In this document: piece by piece, positions 22,632-36,193 of the stretch
Layout of the letters: each line of letters opens with the position of its first letter
Position numbering within the stretch: the stretch's first letter is position 1
NCBI GenBank assembly: GCA_010015585.1
Contig: ML975157.1
Source: Eremomyces bilateralis CBS 781.70
Lineage: Eukaryota
Length of the DNA stretch: 46,155 bases
Direction: 5' to 3' (one strand)
Program-made: the position numbers and the translations under genes
The notes under the pieces: generated by a model
Databases searched by the model: none
What the model was told of the DNA's origin: nothing
Seen by the model: only the letters and a program-made list of their open reading frames with translations

Positions 22632-24125
22632 TCAAAGCATCGACGCCTCCAACTGGACGCCCACCCTCCGAAGCCGGTCCGCATATTCGTCTCCCAGAGT
22701 CGCAGGCGTGAGTATCCCACCGCCCATCTGCTTCGCCGCGACTTTATCACTCCCCTCGAGCACCACCATGGCCGCCTCCGCGAGTAGCAGGCCGGTGAAA
22801 TAATATCCGTCTCCTTCATAGCTGAATTTCGCGAGCGCCTTCCGCGGAGGTGAGGTATCTGCCACCGCCACCGCACGATACTCCAATCGATTACCCTTAG
22901 TCGTCCTGCGACTCGTTAATAACACGCCGAGAGCTAAATAGTTGATTCGCTTACTCTGGATCCGGTCCGGAACCCGGCTGAACCACCAATTTCTGGATCA
23001 GCTTCCGGGCAGGAGGGAACGCGACCAGGCTGGCAATAAACGCGAGACCGAAATGCATGATCATCGCCACCACGACGTTCCGCACTTTACGGAACTCGCC
23101 AAAGCGGAAAGATCCGCCGTAGTGCTTGCCGCCGTCGAACAGGCCCCACGAGCGGCCGACGATCGCCTCGTTCGTCGCGGCCATGGTCCAGCTGGTCAGT
23201 GTCCCGATGTCTGGGTGACGGAAGTAGCCAAAGAGCTTGGTCAGGAGGGTGCCGGGTCGGGTGGCGGTGGCGCGGGGCCGCGGGACGGGGGAAAGGCCGA
23301 ATGGTCTCATCGAGGTGCCGAGTTGTTTGAAGGAGAATGATTCCAGGAGGGTTAGCATGGTGAGGAGGGTTCCGCCGCTGGGTTTGAAGCTTCGGGGGGT
23401 TAGCTGGGGTGGATAGAGGGATGGGGACGGCGTACTCGAAAACGGTCACGCCGTTGACCACGTCTCGGACACCAGCGTCCAACTTCTTTCGTACCAGTTC
23501 CACCAACGCCCATGCGATCAGGTCGGATGGAACGGAGTCAATCCCGCATTGAGGGATCATCTACACGGCTATTAGTACCGACTAGGGTCAATCGTCGATT
23601 GCTGCCTACTATTGCGCCTGTGGATTTGGCAAGATCATGGTACTTGTCAATCATGTCCTTGACCCATGGGGCTTCTCCTGTGCTGTAACAAGGAGTGAGA
23701 ATGAGAATGGACAACATGGAGGCGCTTTCAGGTACCTATCAATATAATGTGTTCCCGTCGTCGCGCACGCCTCCACCACCGGTGTGCCATGTCTATGAAA
23801 CGGACCAACAGTAGAGATGATCAACTTGGTTTTCCTCGCCAACGCCGTCAATTCCTTGACGTTCTGGTCAACCACCTCCACGGCTGCTTCACCATCAGAT
23901 AAAGTAGAATCCTAGAACATTGCTCGTCATACCTGGCGCTGTCCGGGTCGGATACCGCTTCGTCAAATCGCTCAAGACATCGTCCAGCTTTTTAGCATTC
24001 CGCCCCGCGATTGCCCATCGTAAGGACGTGGGGAGTTTTTCGGCGATGTGCTGCGCGGTCAGTTTCCCGGTGAATCCTGTGGCGCCCAGGAGCACGATGT
24101 CGTACTGCTTCGAGGTATCGGCCAT
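22632..24125 (-). CDS. saccharopine dehydrogenase-like oxidoreductase (SCCPDH family)
   Basis: Six exons (24125-23933, 23883-23736, 23682-23610, 23560-23436, 23389-22955, 22905-22632). LLGATGFTG Rossmann motif, AIAGRN, STVGPF, YIDSTGE, CGIDSVPSD, SGGT, GGILTPA. Confidence 0.9.
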
Positions 24126-24937
24126 GGTGGGGTGGGTGTCACAGTGGGAAACGGCGAGGACAGGGTGAAAAGGAGGAGAGATTTGAATAAGAGGAGATGG
24201 TGATTAAAGTCCTTGGTGAATATTCATTTATTCAAGGTTGGCGATGAATGGGTGGAGTATGGACGACGTCAAGGTTCTATGACCGCCCTACGGACCATGC
24301 AGAATCCGGGCCGAGCTTGAATGGGAAACGGTCTTGGGACTTCAATGCATAACATATTGACATGTGAGAACTGAGAAGGCTTTGATATGGTTCAGAGCAT
24401 AATTCCCTTTTCTATTCTAGGTTAAAAGACTACCTATTTCTATATCCAGGCTCATCAGTGGAGGAGGTTCCAATCATACTGTAAGCTGCCGAGCGGCTAG
24501 TATGTTGGTTTGCTTCTGGTTTGCCAATTGATGGAGGCTTCTCAGCAGTGTGCATTGGTTGATACGGTATTTATGTGCATATTATAGGCGAAAACAATGC
24601 GAAAAGCATTTTGAACCGTATTGGCATCTTGAGCTGTGAATGAAATGCGATTGAGAGTTGAGACCATGGGGACAGTTTGAAATGGCTTAATTAGTTCTAG
24701 TTTCTGTTTCACGTTTGAATGATAAGGCCACAAGGTCTAAAAAATTATCGCAAGGTTGCAAGGCATTCAGGCTGCAAAGTAATGAGTGAGAGTCCACGTG
24801 ACATAACCGACCTTGGATTTCAGCGGGTAATTCCGTCCCCACACCACAACTCGCATTATCAAAATCCTCACCCGCCAATATCAACTTCGTGACCACATCG
24901 ACCGTCTATCCACCATTCGTCGAACAACCCAGCCAAA

Positions 24938-25408
24938 ATGACGAAGCGAACCAAGAGTGAGATCCTGAAGCATCCCCTTTGACTCTTCCATCGCTAACCC
25001 CCATCGCAGAGGTCGGCGTGACCGGTAAATATGGCACACGGTAATCCATCCCCATTCATCGATTCGCTTAGCCCGACGACACGGTTTCTCAACCATGCAA
25101 CAATTCGCTGACACGGGCACAGTTACGGTGCATCCCTCCGAAAGCAGGTGAAGAAGATGGAAATCACCCAGCACGCCCGATACACCTGCTCGTTCTGCGG
25201 CAAGAACTCGGTCAAGCGACATTCGGTCGGCATCTGGTCATGCAAGTCATGCAAGAAGACCGTCGCCGGAGGCGCATGGACTGTCTCGTAAGTTTCCGAT
25301 CCTCGAAATGGATGGCTATGAGATGTGGTACTAAGAACGGACAGGACTCCTGCCGCTGCTGCGACCCGGTCCACGATCCGTCGGTTACGCGAAATCGCTG
25401 AGGTTTAG
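24938..25408 (+). CDS. RPL43: 60S ribosomal protein eL43 (L37a/L43)
   Basis: Exons 24938-24956, 25010-25040, 25123-25287, 25345-25408 give [44 protein letters not shown]...WSCKSC...[10 protein letters not shown]; missed by the ORF track. Confidence 0.97.
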
Positions 25409-26655
25409 AGCATTTTTTCGACTTGCTACTTCCTTGCCGCCACCACCTCTTCGAAATACACTTGCGTTCACATGTACATCGGCGTCAAAACTCGGCTACA
25501 GGGCCAACGAAGGCATTTGCATGGGACTCGATAGGGTTATCAAAATGGAATGAATGAAAACGGAACGTCTAGTGACACCCAGCGATTCCGTGATAGTTAT
25601 GTTCTTCCTTAGGAGAATATTGTTTCATGCAGGACCGACTTCTGACGACCTGTCGACATCCAACGCCGACGAAACAACGACGTTCGAGACTGCTGGAACG
25701 GTTTCTAAGGAGCAGAGCTTAATCAACACGACTTCAGCCGAGGAGCTTACGTTTCCATGTCCATCTACCTATGAAGTGCGAATTGGTTTTCTATCCGACA
25801 ATTCACTGTCTCCCCCAAGGTCCACCCGTATTGAAGTTTCATTTTCGGAAACGATATCGAGCCGTTTGGTCCGAAGCGCGCATAAATCTTGCGCCTCCGC
25901 TACAACCAAGTGTCCCCCAGCCACGCTCCTGGTATTTGTGTGATGTTCCCGTGATAAACGTCCAACCTCGCATCGAGACGAACATGCAGTCTGGTCATTC
26001 ACCGTGGATGTCTTGGGTTGCAGCCTACGATTGTGCACGTGTACGGAGTGTGTCGAAAGGTGATGGCTTCAGTAAGAGCGCTACGCCAATCAGGGTTCGG
26101 CCTGATATCGATAGTAGCGGTGGGAGTAACTGGACCTGTGGTGGAAGCGAAAGCTGATCTCTACTGGTGGCCTGCTTCTTACTTGAGTCTTCTTACATAA
26201 AGGTCAAACACCCTGCTGATTGCAATTTTCCTCTCGGTTCGGAATTTCTGAACCATTCTTTCACCCTTTCAGAACTTCCCTGCCACATGCACCACCGTCG
26301 TCTTCCAAGTCTCTTGTCACAGATTCTTGTCACAGCCGACTCGAAGCTCCATGCAGCACTGCCAATCCGTGAAGGAATCCCCACCCAATCCTCTAGCGCT
26401 CTGCTGGACGTGTGTGTGACACCCTTGTTGGCACTCCCCAGCCGGCCATCTGCTCCATGTCCATCAACTGAACAGTTCCACCACCAGAACTAGACACTCC
26501 ATCTGCCATCATCATCAATTCCTCCCTCCACCTTTCTCCATCATAAATTCCGCTCCGTCATCCCATTGCAGTGTCCGATCATCACCCTTTCAAATTTCGA
26601 TTTTCTAATGCAACCGAGACGTGCCAAGGTCCGCCGACCCGCGTCTTTCTTTTAA

Positions 26656-28550
26656 ATGGCAGAGACATGCATCGTGTGCCTCGGTGACCTGAACCACGGT
26701 CTTGCGAGACAGGCTTCAGTGCCTGGTGTCGCCGCCGCCAGGTCCGACTCCGTCACCGCGATAGCCAAAGATGCGAGCACGTCCGAGTCCGACGCAACCC
26801 CCGAAATCGTGGACGATGACCTCGTGGCTCATTTGCTGCCATGCGGGCATTATTTGCACGATAGCTGCTTGAAACCATGGGTGGAGAGGGCGAACAGTTG
26901 TCCGATATGTCGGGCCAGTTTTACGATGGTGGAGCTCAGTACCACCGTGGGAGGTACGCCTTTGGTTGGCGCAAAGCCAACTCCTCGACGTTTGGAATTC
27001 AAAGGAACTAACGTGGTCTCTAGGTGATGTACTATCAACATACGCAGTCGACGAAAAGCAACAAATGGCGGAGGTTGATCCCGGGCTAGTGGTGGACGAC
27101 GATATCTTCGACGAGGAACTCGGCGAGCCGTGCATGGTCTGCGAAGAGGTCGGCGAAGAGCACGAAGTGATCGTATGCGAGTACTGCGACGAACCGTGCC
27201 ACGTCTTTTGCGCCGGGTTCGACGAGGCGCCGGAGGGACCATGGATCTGCTACAAGTGCCGTGAACAGCAACAACAGACCCGATGGCGACAGGGGAGACG
27301 AGGACGACCGCCTCCAAGGCGAGGCGCGGCATCCCTGGCGTGGGAACGGGTGTGGCGATCGATCTTCAACCGCCTAGATTTCGACCTCGAGTTTCCTTTC
27401 GACGAAGAAGACCAGGCGCGCGTAGACGAGGCCGAACACCTCCCCGGTTGGCAGCGACGGCTGCAGATAGCCGCGTCCCAAGGGGCGGGCAACCGGTTCC
27501 GCGAGACGGCAGTCCTCGTGCATCCGAAGCCGGAACCAGAGTCGCAGGAGGAGATTCGCGCGTGGAACGCCTTCGACAAGGCGCGGCAGCTGGACGAGGA
27601 ACCGGGGAGTACGTCCGGGCGACGGAAGCGGAAGTCGGTAACGACGTCGCCCTCCGAGGCGCCCGCTGAACCGGAACGAAAGCTCAAACGTCCGCGGACG
27701 CGACGGCCGCCGGAGACGCATGACACCACGCCCGAAGAAGCCGCGTCGTCATCGCGCCGCGATTCCGCTCCTGGGACGTCGACGGCCCAACCACCATCAC
27801 TACCACTACTACCACCACCACCACCACCACCTCCCCCTCCCCATCGCAGCGGCATCGTCGAGAAACCAGAAGGCCCCAGCTTCCTCCAATCCCTCCTCAA
27901 GGAAGTCGAAGCCCCCACCCCCCACTNNNNNNNNNNNNNNNNNNNNNNNNNNNNNNNNNNNNNNNNNNNNNNNNNNNNNNNNNNNNNNNNNNNNNNNNNN
28001 NNNNNNNNNNNNNNNNNNNNNNNNNNNNNNNNNNNNNNNNNNNNNNNNNNNNNNNNNNNNNNNNNNNNNNNNNNNNNNNNNNNNNNNNNNNNNNNNNNNN
28101 NNNNNNNNNNNNNNNNNNNNNNNNNNNNNNNNNNNNNNNNNNNNNNNNNNNNNNNNNNNNNNNNNNNNNNNNNNNNNNNNNNNNNNNNNNNNNNNNNNNN
28201 NNNNNNNNNNNNNNNNNNNNNNNNNNNNNNNNNNNNNNNNNNNNNNNNNNNNNNNNNNNNNNNNNNNNNNNNNNNNNNNNNNNNNNNNNNNNNNNNNNNN
28301 NNNNNNNNNNNNNNNNNNNNNNNNNNNNNNNNNNNNNNNNNNNNNNNNNNNNNNNNNNNNNNNNNNCAGCAAGGAGCGGTACACGGAGATTAATCGGGAG
28401 GTGTCGCGGCGGATGTATGAGCGGGTGGGGGACGCGACAGGGTTAGCGGAGAGGGGGGCTAGGGAAATGTGGCAGCGGGTGGCGAGGGAGGAGGTAGAGA
28501 GGGCGGTGGTGGGGGGGAAAGAGGAGGGCGTGAAGGAAGAGGAGGGATAG
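26656..28550 (+). CDS. RING + PHD finger protein (PHRF1/Asr1-like), interrupted by assembly gap
   Basis: Exon 26656-26953, intron to 27023, then 27024 onward. RING-H2 CIVC...[10 protein letters not shown]...CPIC; PHD CMVC..CEYC..H..C..W.CYKC; C-terminal [18 protein letters not shown] after the gap. Confidence 0.85.
27927..28366. other. assembly gap (440 N)
   Basis: Run of N inside the RING-PHD coding region. Confidence 1.
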
Positions 28551-28838
28551 GGGGGATTTATGTTGAGCGGAGGTGTACGGCGAGGTCTTATGGATTGATT
28601 GGATATTTAGCTTGGAATGGCATAATTTATGTTTTGGATAATGAATAATACATTATCAGTGGCAAGGCAGACGGCTCTCTCAGATAATGCTCGTTTATGT
28701 GATAAATGTATCATAATACGTGAGATACCGGCATGACTATTCCAACTTTACCACACTTCATCGTCTTGACCCCCATTCTCATTTTAGATTCCACGAATCG
28801 TTTCCGACAGTTTCGAACCTTAATATCCCCCCTAGAGT

Positions 28839-30212
28839 TTAGACAGTAACCTCCGGGTTCTCCAACCTCCGCTTCGCCGTCCCCAACCCACTCACCCCCC
28901 TCTCCTGATTCTCCCCCAACCACGGCTTCTTCGCCTCCCCCAACCCGCCCTCGACCATGAAATACACGAACAGCCCAATCACAATCAGCACGAACGCGAT
29001 CGGATACATCCAGTGCACCGCATACTGAAACACCTTGATCCCGACCACCACGGTCCAGAAATTTGCCGTGAGCAGCCCGATGTTGAAGAACGCCGCGCTC
29101 GACATGCGAAACACAACCGGCGCGAGCGAGTAGAACGTGAAGAGGATCAGCGTGTACCCAACGAGGTAGCCGAACACGGGGCCGTCCCACACGGCGGCGC
29201 GGAAGGACGCGCGGTCGAAGATGGCGGCTTGCACGCCGTTGATCAACATGCCCCAGAAGGCCAGCTGCCCGACGACCTCGTACATGGGGCGGCGACTGAT
29301 CAGGAACTCTTCAAACACGTTGCTCAGGCCGTAGAAGGTGGCCGACAGCAAGCAGAAGAGGTCGCCGCGTACGGGGTCGGCGGCGGCGCCACCGTTGGTG
29401 CCTTGGAGGTGATCAGAAGCGATGAGCACGCCCATGCCGCCGATGCAGAGAAGGATGCCGACGTATTGGGTGAGGTGGTAGCGCACGCGGAGGAAGATGA
29501 GGGAGATGAGGACGACGACAACGATGGCCCAGAAGTTGATGAGTTGCGCGGACATGATAGTGGTGTAGCCATAGGCGAGGACGACGAAGTAGTTGCCTTC
29601 GACGTCCATGAAGGCGAAGATGAAATCTGGGGAGAAGGGTTAGTACCAGGAGGGAAGGGGTAGATGGGGAACGTACACTTCCACCCGTCTTTCAGAACCA
29701 CGTTCGCCCACTTCTTGAAACCGTAGCGGTAGATGGTGATGCTCGTATACACGATGTTCAACAGGACATAATTAAAAAACGTCTGAAAGGCGGGTATGTT
29801 CGTCCCCTTGTTGGCCAGCAAGTTCGAGAACGTGCCGGTGCCCACAAGACACAGCGCCAGGATCTGTCTGCACTCCCAACATCAGCGACCACTCTACTAT
29901 ACCTACTTCAACTCTTGCAGATATAACATACCCAAGCACCAACACGATCCAAAACTGCCTCGTCCGAAAATACGTGAAGATCCCCGCCTTCACCCTCGCC
30001 GGAGCTGCCGCCGTCCCCCCCGTCACCGACGCCGCGTCCGCGTCCGCTGTCTCGACGTCCCCCGCCTTGTCCGAATGGACGGTCCCATGAGGTCCCTCGA
30101 TCTCGTCGGCCGGTACGCCATCGCCTCGAGCGACGGGAGCCGAGCCGCCACCGTGTGCACCGACTGGCGCGTCCGGCGCGGATGGCGAAAAGCGGTCTTG
30201 CGAAGATGTCAT
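28839..30212 (-). CDS. SLC35F / DUF914 family drug-metabolite-type transporter
   Basis: Exons 30212-29932, 29867-29677, 29626-28839. PAFQTFFNYVLL, DVEGNYFVVLAY.YTTI.SAQL, GDLFCLLSATFYGLSNV.EE, SSAAFFN..LLTANFW; many hydrophobic helices. Confidence 0.9.
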
Positions 30213-30740
30213 GATGCGTCGACGGACGGTTTACGAAAATTCCTTGCTCTTCGTTGCCTACGGGACGGATATGGATTTTTTCCTTCTTTTTCAGTTCTTT
30301 TCTTCTTTTTTTTGCTTTTAAGAATTTGGGATTGGGGTTGGAGCTTTATTACGGGATGGCAAGCGCAAAACTCCAGAAGTCGCTTTACCGGTGCTAAATG
30401 ACTGGAAAAGTCGTAAGGGAAGATGAGAGAGGGGAGAGAAGAGATGATGTGGGATGGTGATAGGCTTTATATTTTACGGCGACTTCCATGCTGCGTGGAC
30501 CCTGAATAGTGTATGCAGTAGTGATAGGGCAAGGGGAGGAGTCAGTAGATGCGAGGGGCAGATTGGTTCATACAGGCACAGTACTACCCACACGCTTCGA
30601 CTTATGGTTTGATACCGTCTGCATCTATCCACTAGTAATTACCAAGTATCTTACTTTAAGGATATCTTAATACTTCTGTTCTCTCCCAGACTTTCACGCG
30701 GAGTTCGAGTTAGACTTCGCGACTTCGATGTGATGCGTTG

Positions 30741-30879
30741 CACGTGATGCAGAGGGATATCGGATCAACATCCAGCCGACCCGACCGCCAAGCCCGATGC
30801 TGTCATACCGGGACTCACCCGATACGCCACACGCCCAGCACGTGCTTCTATTAATGCCCAACATTCGCAATACCACGTG
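30741..30879. promoter_or_regulatory. cluster of three CACGTG E-boxes in the divergent SLC35F/PSY2 promoter
   Basis: CACGTG at 30741, 30839 and 30874. Confidence 0.4.
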
Positions 30880-31569
30880 ACCGTCACTCACAACAGCAAT
30901 CCGGCCTAAGGAGGTTGAGGCCTCGAGGGAGAGCCGGCAAGGGAGATCGCCGCCCGAGGGCTGGGGCCCGACTCCCGAAGGTTACGGGGTGTGTAGTGCC
31001 TCCCGGTCGCCGGTCGGGCTATCTAGCACCGCCCATTAGACCCGACACCCGCCCATACGCCCGTTCACTGCCAGCACCGTAGGCTCCTCCGAGACCACCC
31101 GAAGGCGCAACCCGACGCTACCCTCCCCAAACCAACTCACAAACTCCCAAATATTAATACTTGGGTGAGTAATACATATAACCGCTGGACCCCGTGACAA
31201 ACTACAATCTGCAATCGTTGCGCCCGGACCACCATCGTCGCTTGACGCCTTGACCTCATCGCAACTTGCTCCCATCTCAAGCTACCACGGCCGTAATTCC
31301 TCCAACACCTCCACCGTGAATCCCCCCTCCCAAGTGACCACCATCCTCCCACGCGCCGCATTTCACCTTTCGTGACTCCACCGTCCCTATCACATCCCCG
31401 TACACGAACCGACCCCAACCCGTCCTGTTTCCGCCTCGCGCTCCCTCCAATCCCTCCCCGTCCGCCGTCTTACTGCGCGCCCACCCCCTCGCCGCCCGCG
31501 CTCGCGGAAGGGTGAGCTGTCGCCCGACGCCGGGAGTGACGGGCGCTCGTCCTCGACAACCGACCGACC

Positions 31570-34500
31570 ATGGCGCTGGCCCCTCCGCCGCCTGCGAACG
31601 ATCGGAAGCGCGTCAAGGTCTACGAGTTGAAGAGCAACGACTGGTTCGATAGGGGAACCGGCTTCTGCACCGGGTCGTTGGTCAATGTGCGTGTCATCCC
31701 ATTCCTGCTAGGCCTCCGCACGCCGATGCGAGTGACAGATGTCACTGCGCCGGTCGCGTGACGGGTGGATAGCGTGGCAGTATAAATGACAATGCGCCCA
31801 TAGCTAACATGTTTTGCGATTGCAGGATGAGGCGCGAATACACGTCCAGTCCGAAGATGAGCCCGTTCGGACGTTGCTGGAGACGAAAATCGGTAGGGAT
31901 GAGGGATATCAGAAGCAGCAAGGTGGCTATAGCTCCATACGTGATTGTGTGTACATGGCTGAACGCTTGGCAGATACCCTGATCGTATGGACGGAGACAA
32001 ATGGAACCGATATGGCGCTTAGTTTCCAGGAGGCGGAGGGTTGTGGCGCGATATGGTGAGCTTCTACACTCGCTGCTATACATCGACTGGACTGACCCGA
32101 GGGTTTGCAGGGAATTTGTCAGTGACGCGCAACAGCGTCTTGGAGGTGGCCCTGCCGCAGGTATGAACAGTTATTCCAGATACCAACTGATTGATGTTGA
32201 CGTTGCACTAGACGACGGTCTTTCAGATGAAGCGATCGAAACATTTCAACCGATCACCCTCCCCGATCCCCCGCAGATGGAGAATCTCCAAGAAATCGAG
32301 AATATCATGAGAGCCGCCAATTCCACCGCGCAAGGGCGGGAAGCGCTCGCAAAAGCCGTCATGGCCGCCGAGTATATCCACAAGCTGGTGCCTTTTGTAG
32401 AGATAGCGGAGCGGGAGCAGAGCCTAGCGGACTTACACCGGCTCTGCAATATCATGAAGATTCTGGTTCTGCTGAACGACACGGCCATGATCGAGCTTGC
32501 CGTGACGGACGATGTCATTTTCGGCGTTGTTGGTGCCTTTGAATGTGGGTTACGGATACATGAGCACTCGAAACCATGGACTGACGCATGTCTCAGACGA
32601 TCCCGATTTCCCGAGTCACAAAGCGAATCACCGACAGTACCTTGCAGACGAGACTCGATTCAAAGAAGTCGTCCCGTTCGACGACCCAAATGTGAAGAGG
32701 AAGATCCACCACACCTACCGGTTGCAATACCTCAAAGACGTCGTCCTCGCGCGCATCCTCGATGATACCACGTTTACCGTTCTCAATGGCCTCATATTCT
32801 TCCACCAAGTCGATATAGTGCAGCACCTACAGGGCAACGTCCCCTTCTTAAAAGAATTGTTCGGTATCTTTGCTCCCCAGGAAACTGACCAGCAGCGCAA
32901 GAAGGACGGTGTAGCGTTCATTCAGCAATGCTGCGCTCTCGCCAAAAGCTTGCAACCCCAGGCGAGAAACGCTCTGTACAACAACTTCATTAACGGGGGT
33001 CTCTTCAATGTCATCACCTTCGCCCTTCGCCATCAAGACGCCTCGGTTCGTGTCGCCGGCACCGACATCCTAGTCGCCTTGATCGACCACGATGCTCCTC
33101 TCATCCGCAACCACATTTTCAAGGCCGTGAACGAGAACACCAAGCCTCTGACCGACACCTTGATTGAACTCCTACTGGTCGAGGTGGATGTGGGAGTTAA
33201 GGCACAGATTGCGGATGCGATCAAAGTCCTCCTGGACCCCAACGCGAACGGCCCGTCATTGGAAGCGCTCGCGCGCGGGAACAATGAGTACATGGCAAAA
33301 TTCAGAGGCGGGCCCATGCACATGCCGCCGACGGAGATGTTCATCCAACGATTTTACGATGATTCGGCAAGGCGACTTTTCCAAGCCCTGAAGGATCTCG
33401 AGCATCGGCAGTCGAGTAGGTCTACCTGAGATGTGTTGCTTGTGCGATACTAACTGTCACAGTGGACAATCTCAACGTGCAAGAGGTGCTGCTCTTTAGC
33501 CATCTGGTTGAAATCCTTTCATTCTTCCTCCGACAGCACGCATTCCGCAGCAAGCAGTTCATTTTACAGGAGCTCCTTGCCTGCCGCGTCGCCCAGCTGA
33601 TGGCATGTCCCGAGAAGCACTTGAAGCTCAGTAAGTCACCGAGACCAAGGCCCATGGATGTGGCTAACGGATTGCAGCCGCGCTCAAATACTTCCGGACG
33701 TGCATCGGTCTGAAAGACGAGTATTACAATAAGCAGATCATCCAGCATCATCTCTTCGAACCCATCCTCAACATTGTCTTCGAAACTAAGCCGAAAGACA
33801 ACCTCCTCAACTCGGCCTGTCTGGAAATGTTCGAGACCATTCGGAGGGTATGTCGAACCGTTCAATTACTGATGATCACGCTAACAGCGCACAGGAGAAT
33901 ATGAAATCATTAGTCGTCCACCTGGTCGAGAATTACCGGGACCGACTGCAGGCTCTGGACTACGTGGAGACATTTCCCGCTCTGGTCTTAAAATACGACC
34001 AGTACAACCAAATCGCAGACCAGAACGAACCCCTCCTCAATCACGACCAATCATTCACCAGCACCGAAACCGAGACCCCCAACCGTAACATCGTCAACGG
34101 CGGCATGCGGTGGCAGGGACTCAAGGATCATGACCCCGAGGAGGATGCCTACTTCAACGGCCCTGATAACGAAGAAGAAGCCAACGCCCCCGCGACCGCC
34201 AAAGCCCCCACCAACGGCGTCTCCCCCCAACGTCCCCTCGTCAACTACCCCGACGACGAAGACGAACTGCCCGACCTCCCCACCGACCCTACTACCACCT
34301 CTCCGCCCGCCGACTCCACCGCCACCAGCCCCCCCTCCGACTCCCCTTCCCCCTCCACCTCCGCCCGCTCCCCCGCGCCCCTCCCATCCACCAAAATCGC
34401 TGAGAAGCGCCGCCGCGAGGACGAGGACGACGACGAGCTCGGCAAGCTATCGGCGCACCCGAAGCGGCGGAACTCGTCGGGGCAGCCGGGCGCAGAGCCA

Positions 34501-34638
34501 CCGGCGGCGCATCAGCCGCCGCATGGGCACATGCTAAGGAGAAAACGGAGCATCCAGGCGGGGAAGGATCCAACTGGGAAAAAAATCGCCATCTCGCTGG
34601 CGATGAAGGGGGATGCGAACGGGAAGGATGGGGCGTGA
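31570..34638 (+). CDS. PSY2: PP4 regulatory subunit 3 (Psy2/SMK-1; EVH1-like + DUF625)
   Basis: Nine exons (31570-31686, 31826-31922, 31974-32055, 32111-32160, 32212-32544, 32597-33415, 33463-33630, 33678-33847, 33895-34638). [70 protein letters not shown]. Confidence 0.95.
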
Positions 34639-36193
34639 GAGGGCGGGAGGCTTGTGGTCACCCAACGTCTTACTCCTTCGGGGTCACTCCAGCGCTTGTG
34701 GGCTTGACGCCATTCTCGATACCGAGAAACTGGTCGCTCTCCGCCTTGGCTCGCAGCCGTGCACCCTAGCGGTCGCCGCCCCCTGGACACGCCCACCTCC
34801 CCGCGTCCAACACCCACGACCTCCTCACCACCAACGACGCAGCCGGGCCCCTCCTCTCACCCGCACGTTCATATCATTAGACGACCGCCGACGACGGCGG
34901 CGGATTGCTAGCTACGAGTACTGTTCTCGGTGGGATTCATGTAACATATTTGGCGCCGAGGGAACGGGGGACGACGGAGGGGTTGCATTAGCAGATAGAG
35001 GTTAGCTTCGCATGTACAATGTCAGCGGGCGAGGGATGCGTCCCTCGTGGTTCATGATGGGTCTTGGTCGGTGCATTTGAGGTGTCGGGTTGTGATGAAG
35101 TTGTGCTGCTAGTGGCTCGTTTTCCCAACCCGGATAGATCGTGCCTATGGCCTGTCTGTCTTGTTGCGACTCCTGATGTACCTCATCAATCTCCATTTCT
35201 CCACCACAAGCAATTTCATTTCGCCCCTTCTCGACCCCTCCGCTCAAACCGCATTCAAACCTCTCAACCGGCGCCCACGGTCTCGTTTGCGAAACCCTCG
35301 ACTTTTCGCTCGGCTATCCCGGCTAGACGCATTCCATGGACGCTCTACCCACCAGGTTCGTGACTTGAATGTTCCAGCCCCGAGGCACCGCCATTGACAT
35401 GGGACGGAGCTGCTTGAAGTTGACACTGGGATCAACGTCATGGTGGGACTCGTATACTTATAAATACAATATTCAAGCCGAACCATACGCTTATAAACTT
35501 CATGTTCCCTTTATCCCAGATACGTCCGTTACATTTATCCGTCAAATCACTCGTGAGGGCGAGGACAGTCTGACACGTGGTGTAGCAATGCCAAGTCATT
35601 CGTTTCGGTAGGACATGCTTGAAGCATGGTGGTCGAAAAGCTGCCGCTGATGCTGTGTACGCTATCCAATAGTGGCGAGCACCAATAGTACCGCTGAACC
35701 GGTTCTGTTGGGAATCTACCCATCCAACTGCTCCTGAATCTTTGCAACTGGTACCGGATCGCTGGACATCAGAGTCCATCGAAGTCATCACGAAGTATCA
35801 ATTTGTATTAACTTCTAACCTTAGAGGAGAAGGAGGAAAGGGGCAGATGAATGACTTGGAGATCCGTATTAGGGCTGTAGGCTTGACAAGGGGAGGGTTC
35901 CATGTAACCATGTTGCATGTGTATGGAATAGGGAAACTGGGGATAAGTCGTGTACAGAACCTCAGCTATTTAGCTAGACTAGTATGCGCCACCTCGTGGT
36001 AATGACAGTTAAGCCCCTCGATCTCAGTCCGAAGTCGGCACCATATCCCAGGTTTCCTATCATGGACTTGAGGGAGGAACACGGTATGAGATCCATCCCA
36101 CCAAGTTATTGACACAGCATAGTTATGGAGGGCTGTCACAGGCTTTTCCTTGACGAGTTTAAGAACGGTGGTTAGTTTTTATATGCGGGAAGA

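Noticed and set aside
24957..25344. Intronic snoRNA in RPL43
   Set aside because: Introns are 53-82 nt and lack box C/D or H/ACA arrangements
25554..26493. Short ORFs between RPL43 and the RING-PHD gene
   Set aside because: No motifs, consistent splice model or codon bias; treated as intergenic/UTR
28640..30700. TPP riboswitch in or around the SLC35F gene (the family includes thiamine-related transporters)
   Set aside because: No CTGAGA-containing aptamer found in its introns or leader on the sense strand
30880..31040. SRP RNA or other Pol III RNA
   Set aside because: GC-rich, but no recognisable Alu/helix-8 motif, A/B boxes or oligo-T terminator; more likely promoter or 5' UTR
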